A DNA stretch of 64,000 bases from Bacteroidales bacterium (GTDB lineage Bacteria; Bacteroidota; Bacteroidia; Bacteroidales; WRLA01), in NCBI GenBank assembly GCA_963676725.1, contig OY781463.1, positions 1,550,991 through 1,614,990 of the forward strand, written 5' to 3'. Each line of letters begins with the position of its first letter. Positions within the stretch are counted from its first letter, which is position 1. Under the pieces are notes generated by a model. The model was given only the letters and a program-made list of their open reading frames with translations, did not search any database and had not been told where the DNA came from. The position numbers were made by a program, and so were the translations under genes. This document shows, piece after piece, positions 58,753-64,000 of the stretch.

Positions 58753-58828
58753 CAATCCCAAGGGATTGAATGTTTATAGAATAATTGCGATCCTTAATGT
58801 GCGACCTCAGCGAGGTCGAATGTTTATA
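58753..58828. repeat. Two REP-like hairpins with a shared tail
   Basis: CAATCCC-AA-GGGATTG-AATGTTTATA and CGACCTC-AGC-GAGGTCG-AATGTTTATA. Confidence 0.65.
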
Positions 58829-59000
58829 ATCATTTAATTTTTAGTATAATATGGATTTTAGGGCTTTGGGTTTAGAGGGCACGAATTGCACATTCGCGCT
58901 AAGGGATGGGGATTTGCTTTCTCGCTGCCTTTGCCTATTGTAATATCATACCGAAGACCAGAACAAGGAGGGATCTATGTTTCATTACAGCAATTGATTA

Positions 59001-60660
59001 CTCATGTTTCGCACTTTAGCTAACTTCAAGGAATAATGTAAGTTAAGATGCGAGTTATTTTTTATTATTCTATTATTCAGTTGTTTATAAATTCCATTTT
59101 TGGTCAAGCCGCATTATCCATATCTACCCCCAACTCAAATAGTTTTTTTATCTGAGTTAGTGCATGATCATTGTTTATGATGCGTTCAAGAATGGTCATT
59201 TCGTCTTCTACCTCAAACAGGCATTCCAATATTTGTAGGATTTCAACAAACAACCCCCACAAACGTTCATTAAGTTTCAGCATGGCGGTAGTTTCCTTCA
59301 CTTGCTCAAACAATGCTCCTGTCGACTCATAAGTACCGTAGCGGTAGCGCAAGGTTAAAAGTAGGTGCTGGAGCATGGTAATGGTTGTGTCTGCAATTTG
59401 GGCATCAAAATCATTTGACTGGCAGCTGCCCATCCTCAGCAACTGTTTCGACTCTTTAAAGAAAACTTCTATGGTCCAGCGGGTCTGGTAAATTTCGACC
59501 ATCTTTATAAAACTAAGCGATATGTCTGTGGTCAGCAGCACTTTCCATTTGCCATTTTTGCCCTGTCTGGTAAAAAACAAATTGAGCTGGTGGCCTTTGT
59601 ATTGGACTCTTGCTTGCAAATAATAGAGCCTGAGCTTCCGGCAGCGTTTGGGTTTTCCAAGACGGTTTCTTATTTGGCTATAAGTCAGTTTATTACCATT
59701 ATATTCAAAATAGGTCCTAGCGATTTTGTACATGCCAATTAAGTGAACGGTTTGTTTTTTGACTTGTGCTACGGCATCAATGATTGCTTCGCAGGTAAAC
59801 CAGCTATCAATTAAGACATAATCGATCTTAATTCGATAAGAAATAGCCCTACCAAACATTTTGATCATGCTTTCTATCTTACTTTGGTCGGCTTCTTTGC
59901 ATCGATCATATCCATGTGTGTAGCGCGTCCTTCTTTTTTTAAACTGTTTTCGGTAATCTTTTTTCCTTAGGCCAAATGGCCTGTTTTTGTTTTTTCCACT
60001 TTCCCTGTGAATGCTAAAATCAAGGGGCAAAAAACTTGTTCCGTCCCAATATCCCATCACAAGGAGCTTGAACCCTAAAAAGCCCCTTTTTTGTATGTGA
60101 TCCCATACACAGGAAACCTTCTCTATGTATTTGCCTGCCTTTTGCAGGGTCGTGTCATCAAAAATTAAACACTTGGGACAGGGACTGTTGCCAACATCCT
60201 TAGTTGTTATTTTGATGAACTTACAGGCAAAAAGCCACTGGATATAACGCCAGCTAATGGAGGAGTTGTTTTTAATCCTGTAAAAGACATCTTTTTTGGC
60301 TTCCACCAAGCCTGTCAATCTATTTACTGTTGTAATGCCAACAAAAGGAAGCGATATTAAAATGCTCAAGACCCAATCAAAACCGTAGCCTTTCGTTTTA
60401 AGAAGGCAAAGCCCTTTGTTCAACTTCGAAAATGAAAAACATTTCAAAGAACGATAAATAAAATCCGGTTCGACCCAGCTTTGGGTAAATCCGTTTTTTA
60501 ATTCTGACAACTTATTAATATCTTTGTGCTGTAGCATGGTTGTGTGTTTTGGAATACACTGCTAATTTAATGAAAATCATTGAATTAACAAACAATCATG
60601 CTACTTTTTTTTACTTATTTCCTCAATGTTTCTAAGCGTTTGTGTTGTGCGAAACATCAG
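59001..60660 (-). mobile_element. IS4-like insertion sequence, 1660 bp
   Basis: Terminal inverted repeats CTCATGTTTCGCAC / GTGCGAAACATCAG (13 of 14 match); target duplication TTGATTA at 58994-59000 and 60661-60667. Confidence 0.92.
59104..60537 (-). CDS. DDE transposase
   Basis: IFDDT, LIDSWF, YREK motif YQTRWTIEVFFKESK. Confidence 0.93.
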   Translation of the reverse strand: MLQHKDINKLSELKNGFTQSWVEPDFIYRSLKCFSFSKLNKGLCLLKTKGYGFDWVLSILISLPFVGITTVNRLTGLVEAKKDVFYRIKNNSSISWRYIQWLFACKFIKITTKDVGNSPCPKCLIFDDTTLQKAGKYIEKVSCVWDHIQKRGFLGFKLLVMGYWDGTSFLPLDFSIHRESGKNKNRPFGLRKKDYRKQFKKRRTRYTHGYDRCKEADQSKIESMIKMFGRAISYRIKIDYVLIDSWFTCEAIIDAVAQVKKQTVHLIGMYKIARTYFEYNGNKLTYSQIRNRLGKPKRCRKLRLYYLQARVQYKGHQLNLFFTRQGKNGKWKVLLTTDISLSFIKMVEIYQTRWTIEVFFKESKQLLRMGSCQSNDFDAQIADTTITMLQHLLLTLRYRYGTYESTGALFEQVKETTAMLKLNERLWGLFVEILQILECLFEVEDEMTILERIINNDHALTQIKKLFELGVDMDNAA

Positions 60661-60789
60661 TTGATTATTATAAGTGTTTATTTGATCACCTTAATAATTA
60701 AAATACGAGCAAAAATATTCTGTTTAAGTCCGTTGTATTAAGATTTTATTGCTATCTTTAATTTCGTTTTTGGAAATTTAAGAAACAAG

Positions 60790-63700
60790 ATGATGATGCA
60801 ATTGAAAAACTTTTTCCTTTCAGTTCTAAATGTAAACCCTTCGCAATTATTTATTTGGAAAATAGAGCAATCTGATCTTCACCTGATGAAGTCGGATCAG
60901 CATTCCCCTGTTTTGCTGGAGTCATTATTCCTGAACCAATTGGAATCCTTTATCCTGAAATCTGCAGAGACAGAGAAAAGCACTTTTTTTCTCCGGCATC
61001 ATAATATCGATTATCATGTGTCCATACATCCACAAATTGGGGAATATCGTGCATGTGTTGTCGATTCCCTTCCGGAAGATGTTGAAAAACAGTATATCAT
61101 TGCGTTACTTGGCAGGGATTTTCTTCAGAATCTCATGGATTCCCTTTTTGAAATGACACAAATGCCTGCTCAATTGCGTTTTGTTGATGGTCAGGCTATT
61201 ACTGGGGTGAAAAAATTGGAAGAATTCTGTTTGAAGGAAGGCTGCCCATGCTATATTGAAAATAATTGTCCTTTTGATTTTCATAGGGACTTGCCATATG
61301 CGGAGGCTCACGATTTAAATAATCATCCCTCTCCGGTAAAGGAGTCTTTTGCTGTATATGATTTGAAGGTAGATCATAAATTAGTTGCTTATCTTTTGAT
61401 TGGTAAATATTTATTGCCGGAAGATGCGCCGCTTAATTCACAATTATCCGGTATGTCAAATGCAGTTCAGGTAATTATGGATATGATTCATAGTTTGCTT
61501 GAAGAAAAACAAAAACAGCGCCATCGTTATCTCGAACTACTGCATCTTCAGAATCAAGTAACCAAAAGCGAGGAAAAATACCGTAGGATCTTTAATAATA
61601 CTCCTTTAGGGATCTTTTATTATAACGTTTTTGGTGAGATTCAGCAAATGAATGATGTGTTTGTTAGGCAAATAGGATCTACCCGTGAAAAGCTGGAAGG
61701 CTTCAATATGCTTGAAAAATTAAAAGATCAGGAATTGTTAAAGGATTTAAAAAAAGCATTAAAAGGCGAACGTAGTATTTATCGTGGAGTCTACTCAAGT
61801 CTTACATCGCAGAAGCAAACACCGGTTATTGTCAGGTTTAATCCTGTTTATAGCATCGATGGGAGCATGGATGGGGGTGTTTGTATTGTTGAGGATATTT
61901 CCGAATTATATACTACTGAGGGTAAAATTCATAAACTAAATGATGTCTTTGTAAGCCTGGGTTCCGATCCTAAGGAAAACGTCAATAAAATTGTTCAGGC
62001 GAGCTGCGAACTGCTCGATGGAGCCTGCTCCTTATACAACCGCCTAGATAAAGAAGAGAACTCTTTAATTACCTGGTCAGATTTTAAAGCGCCCCCGGAT
62101 ATGGAAAAAGAAGATAAACCCGATGGACATATTTGCTATGAAGCAACTATAAAGGGTTTAGATAAACCGGTTGTAATTAATGAATTAAAAGATACTGAAT
62201 ATGAAAAATCAGATCGTAATGTACAGCGCTATAAATTAAGGTCTTATCTTGGTTGCCCGGTACAGTTGAGAAACAAACCTATTGGAAGCCTCTGTATTGT
62301 TGATGTCGAGCCAAGGAAGTTTAGCAAACTGGAAGTGCATATTATGTCTACACTTGCACGGGCAATTAGCCTCGAAGAAGAACGCCTTGCTGTTTATAAA
62401 GAACTGGCCGCTAGTAAGGAAAATTTGCAACAGTTGATCGAAAATATGGAAGATGCCGTATTTATTCGGGATAGCATCGGGGAAATCCTTTATATCAATC
62501 CGGCAGCTGAAAAAATCTTTGGCTATAGCATCCAAACCATGATAGAAAATAAAGAACTGAGCAGAGACGTTATTTTTGAGGACGATAAAGAAAGGGTGAC
62601 CTCCGTGTTTTCTTCGGAAGAATTTCAACAGTTTTCCAGATTCAGTTTGCAACACAGAATTAAAACTGCTAATGGAAAGATTAAATGGGTCTGGACCAGA
62701 ATTTTCCCCGTACGCAATGAAGAGGGCGAAATAATAATGAGAATCTCAATCGTTGCAGATATAACAGAACAGAAACATAATGAAGCAGCCCTGATTAAAG
62801 CAAAAGAAAAGGCGCAGGAAAGTGATCGGCTGAAATCAACATTTCTCGCAAATATGAGCCATGAATTGCGTACACCGATGAACTCAATTCTTGGTTTTGC
62901 CGATTTGCTGAAAGAAGATGAAAAAGATAAAGAGAGAAGCAAAATTCATGATATTATCCTCGCTAATGGAAACAGACTGAAGCGCTTGCTCGATGATATC
63001 TTGGATGTTAGCCTGCTGGAGTCCGGAACAATATCTGTAAAAAAAGAATGGTTCCCAATGAATTCATTGGTGCTGGATTTGTATCGCGATTTTAAATATC
63101 ACGATCAGCTAGACAGAGAACAGGTGCAATTAATCCATCATGCCGCTTTTAAAGATATGGACGATTTGCTCTATTCCGATGCGTCTTGCATTGCTCAAAT
63201 TATGGGAAATTTACTCGATAATGCAATCAGGCATACGAAAAGAGGATATATCGAATTTGGGTACGAACGATGTGATGAGAAAATCTGCTTCTATGTATCC
63301 GATACGGGTGAAGGTATTGCAGAAGAACGAAAGAAAAACCTCTTTATGCGTTTCTATTCTGACCATGAGGCTGCCGTGCAAAGTCATGCAGGCTTGGGTT
63401 TGGGCTTATACATCGTTAAAGAAGTTTCTGCTCTCATTAATGGGAGTGTAACGTTTACTACCGAAAAAGGAAAGGGAACTCGTTTTAATATTCTCCTTCC
63501 ATACAGCAAAAATAACTCGGAAAAAAAGGTCGATGATATGATAAAAGAGAATAAAACCTTACCAAAAGTAATCTTAATTGTTGAAGATGTTGAATCTAAT
63601 TTTTTATTGCTGAAGCGCTACCTTAAAGGGAATAATTTTGATATCATCAGAGCCGAAGATGGACTGGAAGCTGTGGAGAAATTTAAACAAAATAAAATTG

Positions 63701-63915
63701 ATCTGGTATTAATGGATATTCGATTGCCGCTTCTTAATGGTGTGGAAGCTATGAAAAGAATTAAAGTGATTAATCCGGAGGTGCCTGTCATCGCCCAAAC
63801 GGCCCATGCAATGGCGTACGATAAACAAAAGCTTATCTCTCAGGGTTTTGATTTCTATATCTCAAAACCTTTGCGAAAACAAGAAGTGATTGATGTTGTG
63901 ATGGAACAGCTTTAA
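60790..63915 (+). CDS. PocR-like/PAS/GAF/PAS hybrid histidine kinase
   Basis: PAS, GAF (SYLGCPV...GSLC), FLANMSHELRTPMN, REC LMDIRLP. Confidence 0.92.
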   Translation: MMMQLKNFFLSVLNVNPSQLFIWKIEQSDLHLMKSDQHSPVLLESLFLNQLESFILKSAETEKSTFFLRHHNIDYHVSIHPQIGEYRACVVDSLPEDVEKQYIIALLGRDFLQNLMDSLFEMTQMPAQLRFVDGQAITGVKKLEEFCLKEGCPCYIENNCPFDFHRDLPYAEAHDLNNHPSPVKESFAVYDLKVDHKLVAYLLIGKYLLPEDAPLNSQLSGMSNAVQVIMDMIHSLLEEKQKQRHRYLELLHLQNQVTKSEEKYRRIFNNTPLGIFYYNVFGEIQQMNDVFVRQIGSTREKLEGFNMLEKLKDQELLKDLKKALKGERSIYRGVYSSLTSQKQTPVIVRFNPVYSIDGSMDGGVCIVEDISELYTTEGKIHKLNDVFVSLGSDPKENVNKIVQASCELLDGACSLYNRLDKEENSLITWSDFKAPPDMEKEDKPDGHICYEATIKGLDKPVVINELKDTEYEKSDRNVQRYKLRSYLGCPVQLRNKPIGSLCIVDVEPRKFSKLEVHIMSTLARAISLEEERLAVYKELAASKENLQQLIENMEDAVFIRDSIGEILYINPAAEKIFGYSIQTMIENKELSRDVIFEDDKERVTSVFSSEEFQQFSRFSLQHRIKTANGKIKWVWTRIFPVRNEEGEIIMRISIVADITEQKHNEAALIKAKEKAQESDRLKSTFLANMSHELRTPMNSILGFADLLKEDEKDKERSKIHDIILANGNRLKRLLDDILDVSLLESGTISVKKEWFPMNSLVLDLYRDFKYHDQLDREQVQLIHHAAFKDMDDLLYSDASCIAQIMGNLLDNAIRHTKRGYIEFGYERCDEKICFYVSDTGEGIAEERKKNLFMRFYSDHEAAVQSHAGLGLGLYIVKEVSALINGSVTFTTEKGKGTRFNILLPYSKNNSEKKVDDMIKENKTLPKVILIVEDVESNFLLLKRYLKGNNFDIIRAEDGLEAVEKFKQNKIDLVLMDIRLPLLNGVEAMKRIKVINPEVPVIAQTAHAMAYDKQKLISQGFDFYISKPLRKQEVIDVVMEQL

Positions 63916-64000
63916 TTGGATTATTTTGTGGGGGCGCATTAACTGCATATCAGATAAGCCCTTGGCTCGGATTTGTACTCCGTGCTCTTTAATAATATCT

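Overview
Bacteroidota-type genomic DNA, judged from TAnnTTTG promoters, T9SS C-terminal domains and lipoproteins; probably an anaerobic Bacteroidales-like organism. (1) 1-4550: one end of an integrated phage or satellite-like element (TOPRIM primase, LuxR, Cro/CI switch) that ends at a tRNA 3'-end fragment (att) and a terminator. (2) About 4590-13450: an AT-rich array of unrelated, co-oriented accessory genes. It is punctuated by six degenerate copies of a modular unit: structured hairpin element, promoter with palindrome, conserved 33-36 aa leader ORF, and a GTT crossover-like site. Some genes have complementary ends like integron cassettes, but no integrase is present in the window. This is the best candidate for an undescribed system. 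(3) 13.5-44.8 kb: chromosomal genes rich in histidine kinases, T9SS peptidases (C25, M14), a GH63-like hydrolase and a REC-class III cyclase with atypical base-selecting residues. (4) 43.3-56.9 kb, minus strand: a [FeFe]-hydrogenase cluster (HydC-HydB-HydA, a sensory hydrogenase-kinase fusion, REC proteins, Rex, HydG, TM1266-like, TreS-like) behind tandem Rex-like operators. Both H-cluster domains carry an unusual SSDCP motif. (5) 57-64 kb: dus, REP-like hairpins, an intact IS4-like element with a 7-bp target duplication, and a hybrid kinase. All calls are by eye from motifs; no database searches were run.
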